From assembly GCA_964291285.2 (NCBI GenBank), contig OZ219786.1, positions 704,001-768,000 on the forward strand: a stretch of DNA of 64,000 bases, written 5' to 3'. The position numbers were made by a program, and so were the translations under genes. The stretch comes from Alphaproteobacteria bacterium. Lineage in GTDB: Bacteria; Pseudomonadota; Alphaproteobacteria; Bin95. Shown here one piece after another: positions 30,935-41,531 of this stretch (positions are counted from its first letter, which is position 1; each line of letters starts with the position of its first letter). The notes beneath the pieces were generated by a model. The model did not search any database and was not told the origin of the DNA. It saw only the letters and a program-made list of their open reading frames with translations.

Positions 30935-31846
30935 ATGCTGGCGCTGCCCGAACGGGTGACCGTGGTCGAGGTGGGTCCCCGCGACGGCCTGCAGTCGCTC
31001 GGCCGCTGGATCGAGACCGACGTCAAGGTCCGGATGATCGACCGGCTGACCGACGCCGGCTTTCCGGTCATCGAGATCACCAGCTTCGCCAGCCCGCGCT
31101 ACGTGCCGATGCTGACGGACGCCGAGGAGGTCGTCTCACGGGTGAAACGCCGCGAGGGCACCGTCTATCGCGCGCTGGTGCCGAACAAGCGCGGCGCGCT
31201 CCGCGCCGTCGAGACCGATATCGACGAGATACTCGGCCTCATGACGGTGAGCGGCACCTACATGGCGAAGAACCAGAACATGACGGTGGACGAGGCGATC
31301 CGGGCGGGCGGGGACTGCTTCCGCGTCGCGGACGAGGCCGGCCGGGCCTTCATCATGGCGCTCGGCATGTCGCTCTACTGCCCCTATGAAGGCGTCATTG
31401 CGCCGGAGCGCACGCTGGACTGCGTGGACCGGCTGCGCAAACTGGGCGTGCGGCGCTTCTATCTGGCCGGCAGCACCGGCATGGAGGAGCCGCGCCAGGT
31501 GGGCACGCTCTTCCGCATGGCGCTCGACCGCTTCCCGGACTGCGAGTTCGGCTTCCATGTCCACGAGAAGCGGGGCTGGGCGCAGGCGAATGTGATGGCG
31601 GCGCTGGATGCGGGCGTCGCGATGGTCGAGGGGTCGATCTGCGGCATCGGCGGCGGCATCGCCTTTCCCGGCGACTACGGCTCGGTCGGCAACCTGCCGA
31701 CGGAGGATATCGTGAGCTTCCTGAACGCCATGGGCGTCGATTGCGGCGTCGGCACGGGCGAGGCGGTGGAAGCCGCGCGGGATGTTGCGGGAATGACCGA
31801 AATCCCGCTTGCCAGCCGCGCGGGCAACATGCCGGAGCTGTCCTGA
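30935..31846 (+). CDS. Hydroxymethylglutaryl-CoA lyase-like protein
   Basis: EVGPRDGLQ, FHVH, GIGG, GNLPTED. Confidence 0.85.
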   Translation: MLALPERVTVVEVGPRDGLQSLGRWIETDVKVRMIDRLTDAGFPVIEITSFASPRYVPMLTDAEEVVSRVKRREGTVYRALVPNKRGALRAVETDIDEILGLMTVSGTYMAKNQNMTVDEAIRAGGDCFRVADEAGRAFIMALGMSLYCPYEGVIAPERTLDCVDRLRKLGVRRFYLAGSTGMEEPRQVGTLFRMALDRFPDCEFGFHVHEKRGWAQANVMAALDAGVAMVEGSICGIGGGIAFPGDYGSVGNLPTEDIVSFLNAMGVDCGVGTGEAVEAARDVAGMTEIPLASRAGNMPELS

Positions 31847-31880
31847 CCGCCGGCCCCGCCGGGCGGTTGCGGTGGGCGGC

Positions 31881-32981
31881 ATGAGGGTGCTGATCTGCGG
31901 CGGTGGCGTCATCGGGACGTCACTTGCCTATTTCCTGAGCCTGCGCGGCGTCGAGGCGCTCGTTGTCGAGTGCGCGGGCGTCGCCAACGCCGCTTCCGGC
32001 AAGTCGGGCGGGTTCCTCGCGCGCGACTGGTGCGACGGTTCCGCCCTGGCGGCCCTGGCACGCCGGGGCTTCGACCTGCACGCGGAACTGGCAGCGAGCC
32101 TCGGCCGCGACTGGGGTTATCGCCGGGTCGAGACTCTCGGCGTCGTCGCGAGCGCCCGGCAGGATGTCGGCCGGTTCAGGCGCCTGCCCTCTCCCGACTG
32201 GCTGGCCGGCGACTGCGCGGTGCATGGAAAGCTGGGGAGCCCCGACACCACGGCGCAGATCGATCCCCTGGCTTTCACCGAGGCGATGATGGCGAGCGCT
32301 GCCGAACGCGGCGCGCGGCTGATCGAGGGATGCGTCCAGGGTATCGCGCTCGCGCCGGACGGTTCGCGTGCGACGGGCGCGGTCGTGGACGGGACGGAAG
32401 TGACCGCCGACGCCGTCGTCATCGCCATGGGCCCGTGGTCGCTGCTGGCCTGCCGCTGGCTTCCGCTGCCCGCCGTTTACGGTATCAAGGGGCACAGTCT
32501 CGTCTTCGACTACGAGCCTTCTCCAGTCTCGCTGTTCGTCGAACTGGAAACCCGGGACGGAGAGAGGGCCGCTCCCGAGATCAATCCGCGGCCGGACGGC
32601 ACCACCTATGTCTGCGGCCTGTCGGGCGAACACGCCCTGCCCGTCGATCCGGCCGACGTCCTGCCCGAGGCCGGCGCCTGCGCGCGGCTGCGGCGGATGA
32701 CGGCAGGCGTCTCGCCGGCTCTGGCGGCTTCCAGGGTCCTGGCGGAGCAGGCCTGCTTCCGGCCGGTCACCGCGGACGGACTGCCCCTGATCGGGCCGGT
32801 CCCAGGCATCGCCGGCGCTTATGTGGCGACCGGCCACAGCGTCTGGGGCATGCTCAACGCCCCGTCAACGGGCGAGGCGATGGCGGCGCTGATCGCCGGC
32901 GATGCGAATGGCGGGATCGACCTGCAGCCATACGATCCGGCCAGGCTGGAACGGCTGGATCCCGGAGCCCTGGTTTCATGA
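31881..32981 (+). CDS. FAD-dependent oxidoreductase (DAO family)
   Basis: ICGGGVIG, ASGKSGGFL, QACFRP, ATGHSVWG. Confidence 0.85.
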   Translation: MRVLICGGGVIGTSLAYFLSLRGVEALVVECAGVANAASGKSGGFLARDWCDGSALAALARRGFDLHAELAASLGRDWGYRRVETLGVVASARQDVGRFRRLPSPDWLAGDCAVHGKLGSPDTTAQIDPLAFTEAMMASAAERGARLIEGCVQGIALAPDGSRATGAVVDGTEVTADAVVIAMGPWSLLACRWLPLPAVYGIKGHSLVFDYEPSPVSLFVELETRDGERAAPEINPRPDGTTYVCGLSGEHALPVDPADVLPEAGACARLRRMTAGVSPALAASRVLAEQACFRPVTADGLPLIGPVPGIAGAYVATGHSVWGMLNAPSTGEAMAALIAGDANGGIDLQPYDPARLERLDPGALVS

Positions 32982-33063
32982 CCCCGGCGCCGTCGAATGC
33001 CCGTGCAAACCGTGCCATAGTCGCCCAGGCAAGCTGCAGAGGGACAAGAAGGGGGCAGCGTCG

Positions 33064-34245
33064 ATGAAGATCCGGGGATTCGAGAACCTGCATGCGGATG
33101 CCGGCTGGCGGAACATCTCCTTCCTGAAGATCACCACCGACGAAGGGCTGGTCGGCTGGTCGGAATACAATGAGAGCTATGGCAGCCGGGGCCTGAGCGC
33201 CGTCATCGCCGCGCTCGGCGAGACCCTCGTCGGCGCCGACCCGCGGCCCGTCGAGCGCATTAGCGCCATGCTCTACGCGCAGACCCGCCAGGCGCCGGGC
33301 GGCATGAACGCGCAGGCCATCGCCGCCATCGAGAACGCGCTGCTCGACATCAAGGCGAAGGCGCTCGGCGTGCCGGTCTATGAGCTGTTCGGCGGGCCGG
33401 TGCGCGACCGCTTCCGGCTCTACTGGTCCCATTGCGGCACCTACCTGGTGAACCGGGACCATGCGAAGCTGATCGGCGAACAGCCGCTGCGGAGCCTGGA
33501 CGATGTGGAGGCGCTCGGCGGGCGCGTGCGCGAGCGCGGCTTCACGGCGCTCAAATGCAACATGTACCGCTTCGACGGCTCCGAGCCCTATGTCTATATG
33601 CCGGGCTTCGCGCGCTCGGCCGGCGACCGGCCGGAACTCAACCTCTCCCGCGAGACGGCGCGCGCGCTCCGCAACCAGATCTCGGCCTTCCAGGAAGGCA
33701 GCGGCGGGCGGGTCGACATCCTGGTGGACCTCAACTTCAACTTCCGCACCGACGGCTACATGGCGCTCGCCCGTGCGCTCGACGATCTCGGCCTCTACTG
33801 GATCGAGATCGACAATTACGACCCGGAGGGGCTGGCGATGATCCGCCGGTCGGTCGAAACGCCGATCGCGTCCTGCGAGTCGCTGTACGGGCGGCGCCAG
33901 TTCCGGCCCTTCCTGGAGCGCTATTCCATGGATGCGGCGATCATCGACGTGCCGTGGAACGGCTTCAGCGAAAGCCTCAAGATCGCCGCCATGTGCGACG
34001 CCTGGGAGGTCAATGTCGCGCCGCACAACTTCTACGGCCATCTCTCGACCCTGATGAGCGCGCATCTCTGCGCGACCGTGCCGAACTTCCGCATCATGGA
34101 AATCGACATCGACGACGTGCCGTGGAAGGACGACCTCGTGACCGTGCCGCCCCGGATCGAGAACGGCGAACTCATCCTGCCAACCGGCCCCGGCTGGGGC
34201 GCGGAGGTCAACGAAGACGCCGTCCGCGCCCACCCGCCGAAATAG
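33064..34245 (+). CDS. Mandelate racemase/muconate lactonizing enzyme family (enolase superfamily)
   Basis: ALLDIKAKALGVPVYELFGG, VDLN, WIE, CE, APHN, PGWG. Confidence 0.88.
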   Translation: MKIRGFENLHADAGWRNISFLKITTDEGLVGWSEYNESYGSRGLSAVIAALGETLVGADPRPVERISAMLYAQTRQAPGGMNAQAIAAIENALLDIKAKALGVPVYELFGGPVRDRFRLYWSHCGTYLVNRDHAKLIGEQPLRSLDDVEALGGRVRERGFTALKCNMYRFDGSEPYVYMPGFARSAGDRPELNLSRETARALRNQISAFQEGSGGRVDILVDLNFNFRTDGYMALARALDDLGLYWIEIDNYDPEGLAMIRRSVETPIASCESLYGRRQFRPFLERYSMDAAIIDVPWNGFSESLKIAAMCDAWEVNVAPHNFYGHLSTLMSAHLCATVPNFRIMEIDIDDVPWKDDLVTVPPRIENGELILPTGPGWGAEVNEDAVRAHPPK

Positions 34246-34260
34246 CGGCGGCCCGGGGGC

Positions 34261-35862
34261 CTATTCGCGGCCGCGCAGGAAGTCGGCGCAGCGCTCGCCG
34301 ATCATGATCGAGGGCGCGTTGGTGTTGCCGGACGGCATGGTCGGGAAGATCGAGGCGTCCGCGACCCGCAAGCCCTCCAGCCCGTGCACCCTGAGCCGGT
34401 CGTCCACCACGGCCTCCGGCCCCGGCCCCATGCGGCAGGTGCCGATGGGGTGGTAGGCGGTCTGCGAGTTGCTGCGGATCCAGTCCAGGATCTCGTCGTC
34501 GCTCGCCACCTGCTCGCCGGGGTCGTATTCCGCGCCCCGCAGCGGCGCCATGGCCTCGGCCGCCATGAGTTCGCGCATCATGCGGAAGCCGCCGGTCATC
34601 GCTCTCTGGTCGATCTCGTCATGCAGGAAGTTGAACCGGATCGCCGGCTGCGCGTCCGGGTCGGCCGAGCGGATGTGGATCGAGCCCAGGCTCTCGGGCC
34701 GCAGCTGGTAGCAGGCGATGGTCATGCCGGGGAAGGGCTGCAACAGCCGGCGCTTCGGGTCCTTCACGGCATAGGGCACAAGGTGCATCTGCACATCCGG
34801 CGTCTCCAGTTCCGGCCGGGTGCGCAGGAAGGCGAGCAGCGGCGCCGACGGCAGGCTCATGAACCCGCCGCGCGTGAAGGCGTAGCGCAGCACCTGGCCG
34901 GCCTTGCCGAACAGCGTGCCCATGCGCTCATTGTAGGACACGCCCCTCGCCGTGACCCGCCACTGGATGCGGGCGTTGATGTGGTCGCGGAAGTTCTCGC
35001 CGACGCCGGCCAGTTCGTGCTGCACCTCGATGCCGTGCGCGCCCAGCACCTCCGGGCGGCCTATGCCGGAGAGCTCCAGGATCTGCGGGGAGCAGACCGC
35101 GCCCGCGGCGAGCACCGTCTCCCGCCCGGCCCGCGCCTCGACCGTCCGTCCGCCCTTCTCGTAGGCGACGCCGACGCAGCGCTTGCCCTCCAGCAGCACC
35201 CGGCGGGTATGCGCTTCCGTCACGATGCGGAGGTTCGGGCGATTCCCGGCGGGCTTCAGGTAGCAATGGGCGGTGGACATGCGCCGCCCGTCCTTGATGG
35301 TCACCTGCGTCTTGACCACGCCTTCCTGGTCCGGGCTGTTGTAGTCCGGGTTGACCTTGTGGCCGACCTCTTCGGCGGCGGCGAAGAGCGCGTCGTAGAG
35401 CGGGTTCCGGTCCGGCACCTCGGTGACCTGGAGCGGGCCGTCCTCGCCCCTGATGCCGTCGCCCGCCTTCTCGTAGCTCTCCATGCGCTTGAAGACGGGC
35501 GCCACGTCCTCCCAGGTCCAGCCGCGATTGCCCATCTGCGCCCAGGTGTTGTAGTCGAGCGGCTGGCCGCGCACATAGACGAGGCCGTTGATGCTGCTCG
35601 ACCCGCCGAGCAGCTTGCCGCGCGGCACCGGGATTTCCCGGTTGGCCGTGTTCGACTCCGGCTCGGACATGAAGCACCAGTTGGCGGCCGGGTTGTCGAT
35701 CAGCAGGCCGAAGCTGATCGGGAAGCGCGACCAGGGGTGGCTCGCCTTGCCGGCTTCCAGCAGCAGCACCTTGCAGTCCGGGTCCTCGGTCAGCCGGCTG
35801 GCGAGCGCCGCCCCCGCAGACCCCGCGCCCACGACGATATAATCAAACTCCGCTTCCGCCAT
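34261..35862 (-). CDS. GMC oxidoreductase (choline dehydrogenase-like)
   Basis: DYIVVGAGSAG, GGSSSING, YHPIGTC, GNTNAP; true start at 35862, the longer ORF being an off-frame extension over dnaE2. Confidence 0.92.
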   Translation of the reverse strand: MAEAEFDYIVVGAGSAGAALASRLTEDPDCKVLLLEAGKASHPWSRFPISFGLLIDNPAANWCFMSEPESNTANREIPVPRGKLLGGSSSINGLVYVRGQPLDYNTWAQMGNRGWTWEDVAPVFKRMESYEKAGDGIRGEDGPLQVTEVPDRNPLYDALFAAAEEVGHKVNPDYNSPDQEGVVKTQVTIKDGRRMSTAHCYLKPAGNRPNLRIVTEAHTRRVLLEGKRCVGVAYEKGGRTVEARAGRETVLAAGAVCSPQILELSGIGRPEVLGAHGIEVQHELAGVGENFRDHINARIQWRVTARGVSYNERMGTLFGKAGQVLRYAFTRGGFMSLPSAPLLAFLRTRPELETPDVQMHLVPYAVKDPKRRLLQPFPGMTIACYQLRPESLGSIHIRSADPDAQPAIRFNFLHDEIDQRAMTGGFRMMRELMAAEAMAPLRGAEYDPGEQVASDDEILDWIRSNSQTAYHPIGTCRMGPGPEAVVDDRLRVHGLEGLRVADASIFPTMPSGNTNAPSIMIGERCADFLRGRE

Positions 35863-35942
35863 TGCGCCGCTTCCTTCCGTCCCTGCCGTATTCCGGAAGC
35901 GCAAGCGTAGGCGGTTTCGGACGGCAGGGGAATGTGCGGCCC

Positions 35943-38900
35943 TCAACGGAAGTCTCGCGACCTGGGGATCGTGCGCAGGTTGCGCGGGTGGCGCGAGGGG
36001 AAGGCGACGGGGCCGGGCGACGGCGCGCCGCCCGCTTCGTCCGGCGTCAGCAGGTCGAGCCAGCCGGTCAGGTCCTCCAGCCGGTCGGCGACGAGGTGGA
36101 CGATATCGGCGGTGCGCTGGACGCGGCCCCGGACCATCGCGAGGCGCGCGCCGAGCACCGCCTTGCGGAAGCACTCCAGAACACGGGGCCACACCACGAT
36201 GTTCACGACGCCGGTTTCGTCCTCCAGCGTCATGAAGATGACCCCGCTGGCGCTGCCGGGGCGCTGACGGACCAGCACGAGGCCGGCGGCGGCGGCACGC
36301 TCGCCGTCGCGGGAGCGGGCGATGGCCTCGGCCGCGAGCGCGCCCCGCTTCACCAGGCGGGCGCGCAGGAAGGAGAGCGGGTGTGCCCGGAGCGAGAGCC
36401 GCAGCGCCCGATAGTCCTCGATGACCTGCTCGCCGGACGTCATGGCAGGCAGGGCGGCCGGCGGCTCCGGGCCCTCGGCCGATCCGCCCGTCGCCTCGAA
36501 GAGGGGAAGCGGCGCCGATTTCGCAAGCGCGCCCGCCTGCCAGAGCGCCTCGCGCCGGTCGAGCCCCATGGAGCCGAAGGCGTCGGCAGCGGCCAGCGTC
36601 TCGATGGCGGCGGCTCCGAGCCCGGTCCCGCGCTGCATGGCGGCAATATCGGGCCAGAGGCCATTGCGCGCCTTGAGGATGCGCTTCGCGTCCTCCTCGC
36701 CGAGGCCGGTGACCTGGCGCAGGCCGAGGCGGAGCGCATGGCCCCCGTCCGCCCTGCGTTCCAGGCTGTTGTCCCGGCCGCTCGCATGGACATCGACCGG
36801 GCGGACTTCGACCCCGTGCCCGCGGGCGTCCCCCACGATCTGGGCGGGGGCGTAGAAGCCCATCGGCTGCGCGTTGAGCAGCGCGCAGGCGAAGACCTCG
36901 GGATGGTGGCATTTGAGCCAGGACGAGACATAGGCCAGAAGGGCGAAGCTCGCGGCATGGGACTCCGGAAAGCCGTAATCCCCGAAGCCCTCGATCTGGC
37001 GGAAGCAGCGCGCCGCGAGTTCCGGGTCGTAGCCGCGCGCGGTCATCCGGCCCACCATCCGGTCCCGGAGCAGGCCGAGCGTGCCGCGCTTGCGGAAGGT
37101 GGCCATGGCGTGGCGCAGCGCATTGGCCTCGTCCGGCGTGAACCGGGCCGCCTCCATGGCGACGCGCATCGCCTGTTCCTGGAAGAGCGGCACGCCGAGC
37201 GTCTTCTCCAGCACCTTGCGCAACTCGTCCGGCGGCCCGTGCTCCGGCGCCGGCGCCGGATAGACCACCTCCTCCAGCCCGTCCCGCCGGCGCAGATAGG
37301 GATGCACCATGTCGCCCTGGATCGGGCCGGGGCGCACGATCGCCACCTCGATCACCAGGTCGTAGAAGGAGCGCGGCTTCAGGCGCGGCAGCATGTTCAT
37401 CTGCGCCCGGCTCTCGATCTGGAAGACGCCGATGGTGTCGGCCCGGCAGATCATGTCCCAGACCTGCCCGTCTTCCGCCGGCACGGTGGCGAGCGTCAGC
37501 GTCAGCCCCTTGTGCGCGGCCAGCAGTTCGAAGGCCTTGCGGATGCAGGTCAGCATGCCGAGGCCCAGCACATCGACCTTCATCAGGCCGAGCGCCTCCA
37601 GGTCGTCCTTGTCCCACTCGATGAAGGTGCGCTCCTCCATCGCCGCATTGCCGATCGGCACGGTCTCGTCGAGCGGGCCCCGGGTCAGCACGAAGCCGCC
37701 CACATGCTGGGAGAGGTGGCGGGGGAAGCCTTGCAGTTCCGTTGCCAGCGCCACGGTCCGGCGGAGCAGCGGGTCGGCGGGGTCGAGCCCGGCTTCGCGC
37801 AGGCGCTCCTCGGGCACCCCCTCGCGGTGCATGTCGCGGACGGCGGCGGCGAGCGCGGCGGCGGTGTCCTCCGACAGCCCCATCGCCTTGCCCACGTCGC
37901 GCACGGCGCTGCGGGCGCGGTAGGAGATGACGGTAGCGGCGATCCCGGCGCGCTCGCGGCCGTAGCGCCCGTAGATGTACTGGATCACCTCCTCGCGCCG
38001 CTCATGCTCGAAATCGACGTCGATATCGGGCGGCTCGCGGCGCTCGCGGGAGACGAAGCGTTCGAACAGGAGGTCGATCCGGGCCGGATCGACGGCGGTG
38101 ATGCCGAGGCAGTAGCAGACCGCCGAGTTCGCCGCCGAGCCCCGCCCCTGGCAGAGGATGCCCTCGCCGTCGGCGTAGCGCACGATGTCGTGGACGGTGA
38201 GGAAATAGGGGGCGTAGTCCAGCTCGCCGATCAGCCCGAGCTCGTGCCGGAGCGCGGCGGCGACCTTCTCCGGGACGCCGTCCGGATAGCGCCAGGCCGC
38301 GCCCTTCCAGGCGAGCGCCTCCAGATGCCGCTGCGGGGTGCTGCCGGCCGGCACCGGCTCGTCGGGATACTCGTAGGCGAGTTCGTCGAGGCTGAAGGTA
38401 CAGAGCGAGGCCGCTTCGAGGCTCCGCGCAACCGCCTCCTCATGGCCGCGGAAGAGCCGCGCGATCTCGGCTCCGTCCTTGAGGTGGCGCTCGGCATTGG
38501 CGGCGAGGCGCCAGCCCGCTTCTGCCACGGTCACATGCTCGCGGACGGCGGTCAGCACGTCCTGTAGCGGCCGGCGTCCGGGGCGGTGGTAGTGGACGTC
38601 GTTGGTGGCCAGCAGCGGCGCCCCGGCGCGCTCCGCCAGCGCCGCCAGGCGGCTGAGCCGGGCGCGGTCGCCGCCCCGGTAGAGCATGCGCGCGGCGAGG
38701 TAGAGGGGGCCGTCATGCGCGCGGCGGAGCCCGGCGAGTTCCGTCTCGAACCCCTCGCGCCACGGCTCCGGCGGCAGCGCCATCAACACTTGTCCCTCGG
38801 CATGGGCGAGCAGGTCCTCCCGGTGCAGCACGCATCCGCCCTTGGCCGCGCGCCGCTGGCCGAGGGTGAGCAGCCGGCAGAGGCGCCCGTAGGCGGCGCG

Positions 38901-39152
38901 GTCGCGGGGATAGCAGAGCAGCGAGGCGCCGCCCGCGAGGTCGAGCCGCGCGCCGGTCAGCAGGCGGATGCCGGCCCGCTTCGCCGCCATATGGGCGCGA
39001 ACCGCGCCGGCGAGCGTGTTGCGGTCGGCGATGCCGATGGCCGCAAGCCCGAGCCGCGCGGCCTCTTCCACCAGTTCCTCCGCATGGGAGGCGCCGCGCA
39101 GGAAGCTGAAATTGCTGACCGCCTGCAATTCCGCGTAAGGGACGCCGCTCAT
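35943..39152 (-). CDS. dnaE2: Error-prone DNA polymerase III alpha DnaE2 (ImuC)
   Basis: YAELQAVSNFSFLRGASH, GRGSAANS, PPDIDVDFE, GFPESHAASF, C-terminal SRDFR. Confidence 0.96.
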   Translation of the reverse strand: MSGVPYAELQAVSNFSFLRGASHAEELVEEAARLGLAAIGIADRNTLAGAVRAHMAAKRAGIRLLTGARLDLAGGASLLCYPRDRAAYGRLCRLLTLGQRRAAKGGCVLHREDLLAHAEGQVLMALPPEPWREGFETELAGLRRAHDGPLYLAARMLYRGGDRARLSRLAALAERAGAPLLATNDVHYHRPGRRPLQDVLTAVREHVTVAEAGWRLAANAERHLKDGAEIARLFRGHEEAVARSLEAASLCTFSLDELAYEYPDEPVPAGSTPQRHLEALAWKGAAWRYPDGVPEKVAAALRHELGLIGELDYAPYFLTVHDIVRYADGEGILCQGRGSAANSAVCYCLGITAVDPARIDLLFERFVSRERREPPDIDVDFEHERREEVIQYIYGRYGRERAGIAATVISYRARSAVRDVGKAMGLSEDTAAALAAAVRDMHREGVPEERLREAGLDPADPLLRRTVALATELQGFPRHLSQHVGGFVLTRGPLDETVPIGNAAMEERTFIEWDKDDLEALGLMKVDVLGLGMLTCIRKAFELLAAHKGLTLTLATVPAEDGQVWDMICRADTIGVFQIESRAQMNMLPRLKPRSFYDLVIEVAIVRPGPIQGDMVHPYLRRRDGLEEVVYPAPAPEHGPPDELRKVLEKTLGVPLFQEQAMRVAMEAARFTPDEANALRHAMATFRKRGTLGLLRDRMVGRMTARGYDPELAARCFRQIEGFGDYGFPESHAASFALLAYVSSWLKCHHPEVFACALLNAQPMGFYAPAQIVGDARGHGVEVRPVDVHASGRDNSLERRADGGHALRLGLRQVTGLGEEDAKRILKARNGLWPDIAAMQRGTGLGAAAIETLAAADAFGSMGLDRREALWQAGALAKSAPLPLFEATGGSAEGPEPPAALPAMTSGEQVIEDYRALRLSLRAHPLSFLRARLVKRGALAAEAIARSRDGERAAAAGLVLVRQRPGSASGVIFMTLEDETGVVNIVVWPRVLECFRKAVLGARLAMVRGRVQRTADIVHLVADRLEDLTGWLDLLTPDEAGGAPSPGPVAFPSRHPRNLRTIPRSRDFR

Positions 39153-40729
39153 CCGTAGAGCCCGTGGATGTACCAGCGGGGCGGACCCTTGCTGCCGGCG
39201 TCCCTGTAGAGCCCGGCGCGGTAGAGCCAGTAGCGCCGGCCTTCCACATCCTCGACGCGGTAATAATCGCGCGGGTCGTCGTCGTGGCCGCCGGCCCACC
39301 ATTCCGGCTCGATGCGCTCGGGGCCCTCGGCGCGGGCAATGCGGCGGCGCAGCCGGCGCCAGGCGAACAGCGCCGGCGGGCCGTCCGGCAGCCCGGCGAC
39401 GACCTCCACCGGCTCGGGCCGGTCGAACAGGCGGAAGGGGCGTTGCCCCACGCCCGGCCGCACGGGCCAGGCCACGCCTTCCCGGCCGGGCGCCATCCGC
39501 CGTTCGGCGCGTTCCGGCAGGTGGCTTGCGACCGGCTTGAGGCGGGAGACGGACCCTTCGCCGAGACGGGCCTGCAGGCGGTCGATCAGCGGACCGAGCC
39601 CGCCGCTGCCGCGACCGCCCTCCGTCAGCCGGAATTGCTCATGCGCGAGCGGCTCGGCGCGGACGGCGTGGAGCGCCATCGCGTCGATCCCGAACCCGGG
39701 GTCCACGGTCTCGATCTTGCCCTCGAAAAGGCGCCGCAAATGCGCGCTGTCGCGGGTGGCGCGCGCGGTCGAGACGCCGCGCCGCGCCGTGCCGCCGTCC
39801 ACCCGGCAGAACAGCAGCGCGAGTTCCCGCGCGCCGAGCCCGTCCCGTTCCAGCGAAGCGCAAAGCTCTTCCATCAGCCGGGCGACCGCCGCCTCCAGCC
39901 CGGCAAGGTCGATCAGGGGTTCCGGGAAGGCCAGGCGTGCGAGGCAGGCAGGCGGCAGCGGCAGGGACGCCGCCGGGTCGGGGCGGCGGCCGAGCGCGCG
40001 GTCGAGGCGTTCCAGAACGGCCTCGCTCCGCTCCCGGCCCTGGCCTGCCCCCGCGCACTGGCGGGGGAAGCGGCGCGCAAGCGCCGCGCGGGGCAGGGCG
40101 TCCACCGCGCCGATGGTCACCAGGCCGAGGCGGCGCAGCAGGCGGGCGTCCTCGGATACGATCCGCAGCGCCTCGACCGGCAGGGGTGCGAGTGCGGCAG
40201 GAGCACCTCCGGGCGCGGCGATGCGGCGGCCTTCCCCGCCGAAGCGGGCGAGCGCCCAGGCGGCGCCCGGCGTATCGGCAAGGCCGGTCCGCGCCCCGAA
40301 GCCAAGGCCCGCAAGGCGCGCCTCCACTTCCGCCGCCATCGCCGCCTCGCCGCCGAAGAGATGGTCGGCGCCGGCGATGTCGAGCAGCAGGCCGTCCCCG
40401 CCATCGACCGCGCAGCAGGGCGTGAAGCGGTTGCACCAGAGCGCGAGGCGTTCAAGCCCGCGCCGGTCCTCCGCCGGCCGGGCTTCGGCTGCGGCGAGGC
40501 GGGGCAGGAGCGCGCGGGCGTCGGCAAGCCGCATGCCGGGTACGAGCCCCTCGGCTTCCGCCTGCCGGTTGACCGCCGCCAGCACCGCGCCATGGCGGCC
40601 GGGCGCGGTGAGCGCGAACGGCACCGGCTCAGCCGGCGGCGCGCGCGAGGACAGGGCGGCGGGCCGCCGTGCGCGGCGCAGCCGGTCGATCGGCCAGCGC
40701 GGCAGCCACACCGAAATCACCCGTCTCAC
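39149..40729 (-). CDS. imuB: Y-family polymerase-like ImuB
   Basis: GMRLADARAL, LLLDIAG, GPERIEPEWW, RDYYRVED, WYIHGLYG; ATGA overlap with dnaE2. Confidence 0.92.
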   Translation of the reverse strand: MRRVISVWLPRWPIDRLRRARRPAALSSRAPPAEPVPFALTAPGRHGAVLAAVNRQAEAEGLVPGMRLADARALLPRLAAAEARPAEDRRGLERLALWCNRFTPCCAVDGGDGLLLDIAGADHLFGGEAAMAAEVEARLAGLGFGARTGLADTPGAAWALARFGGEGRRIAAPGGAPAALAPLPVEALRIVSEDARLLRRLGLVTIGAVDALPRAALARRFPRQCAGAGQGRERSEAVLERLDRALGRRPDPAASLPLPPACLARLAFPEPLIDLAGLEAAVARLMEELCASLERDGLGARELALLFCRVDGGTARRGVSTARATRDSAHLRRLFEGKIETVDPGFGIDAMALHAVRAEPLAHEQFRLTEGGRGSGGLGPLIDRLQARLGEGSVSRLKPVASHLPERAERRMAPGREGVAWPVRPGVGQRPFRLFDRPEPVEVVAGLPDGPPALFAWRRLRRRIARAEGPERIEPEWWAGGHDDDPRDYYRVEDVEGRRYWLYRAGLYRDAGSKGPPRWYIHGLYG

Positions 40730-41444
40730 GGTTCCACTCCACAGTGCAGGTCACGGGCCGTCCGCCCCGGCAGCGCAGCAGGTCGAGGCGCCAGCGCGGC
40801 AGGCCGGGCGCGGCGGCGTCGAACGGGTCGCCCCGATCCGGGGGCAGCGACGCGACCCGCCAGCGCGAGAAGGCGGCGCTCGCCGGCCCGAGGCCGTCCC
40901 GGCGCAGCAGCAGGACGGGGGTCAGGCTCTCGCGGGCGGCGAGCGCAAGCCGGCGGCTCAGGGTGAAATCGAGGCTTTCGACCTCGCCCAGCACCGCCGC
41001 CAGGGCGGCGCTGCGCAATCCCTCCTCCATCGCCCAGGCGACATCCCGGTCGCGGCGGGCGGAGAGCAGCAGCAGGTCCGCCGGTTCGAGGCCAAGGTCC
41101 CGCCAGCCCGGCCCGTAGAGCCGGCCGAAGGGGCTCGTCCGGCTCTGGCAGACCAGCACGGCGCCCCGCCCGTCCCGGCGGTCGAGCCGGGCAAGCAGGG
41201 CAGCCAGGAAAGCGGCGGCTGCCGGCCCGTCTCCTGCCGCGCTGCCGCCCGCCTCATGCAGCCCGCCCACCGCCAGCCCATGCTCCGGCAGGGCTCCGTC
41301 CAGGGCGCCGAGGCCGAACCGCCAGACCTCCGCTGCTCCGCCTCCCGCCGGCTCCGCAACGGCCGTCCGGCGTTCCAGCAGGGCGATGCGCCGCCTCAGC
41401 GCGGCGAGCCCGGCAGGATTTCTTCGGGGAAGAGGGGCCGACAT
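40629..41444 (-). CDS. imuA: ImuA (RecA/SulA-like mutagenesis accessory protein)
   Basis: GGLHE, LYGPG, WAMEEGLR, SRRLALAA, LLRCRGG; first gene of the cassette. Confidence 0.88.
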   Translation of the reverse strand: MSAPLPRRNPAGLAALRRRIALLERRTAVAEPAGGGAAEVWRFGLGALDGALPEHGLAVGGLHEAGGSAAGDGPAAAAFLAALLARLDRRDGRGAVLVCQSRTSPFGRLYGPGWRDLGLEPADLLLLSARRDRDVAWAMEEGLRSAALAAVLGEVESLDFTLSRRLALAARESLTPVLLLRRDGLGPASAAFSRWRVASLPPDRGDPFDAAAPGLPRWRLDLLRCRGGRPVTCTVEWNRETGDFGVAAALADRPAAPRTAARRPVLARAAG

Positions 41445-41446
41445 AT

Positions 41447-41461
41447 GTTCATTATTGGTTC
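41447..41461 (-). promoter_or_regulatory. Alphaproteobacterial LexA box (GTTC-N7-GTTC)
   Basis: GTTC-ATTATTG-GTTC, 2 bp upstream of the imuA ATG. Confidence 0.9.
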
Positions 41462-41479
41462 GATTGACGGGCGAGTCAA
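41451..41479 (-). promoter_or_regulatory. Sigma70-type imuA promoter, probably leaderless
   Basis: Minus strand TTGACT-N17-AATAAT, then 6 nt to ATG; no RBS. Confidence 0.7.
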
Positions 41480-41531
41480 TAAGGGGCCGAGCTGCGGTTG
41501 GGGACCGAACGGGCCGGGACCCTCTGCGGGA

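Noticed and set aside
34261-37617. 1118-aa ORF suggesting a long N-terminal fusion to the GMC oxidoreductase
   Set aside because: The extension is an alternative frame over dnaE2; the real protein starts at 35862 (MAEAEFDY)
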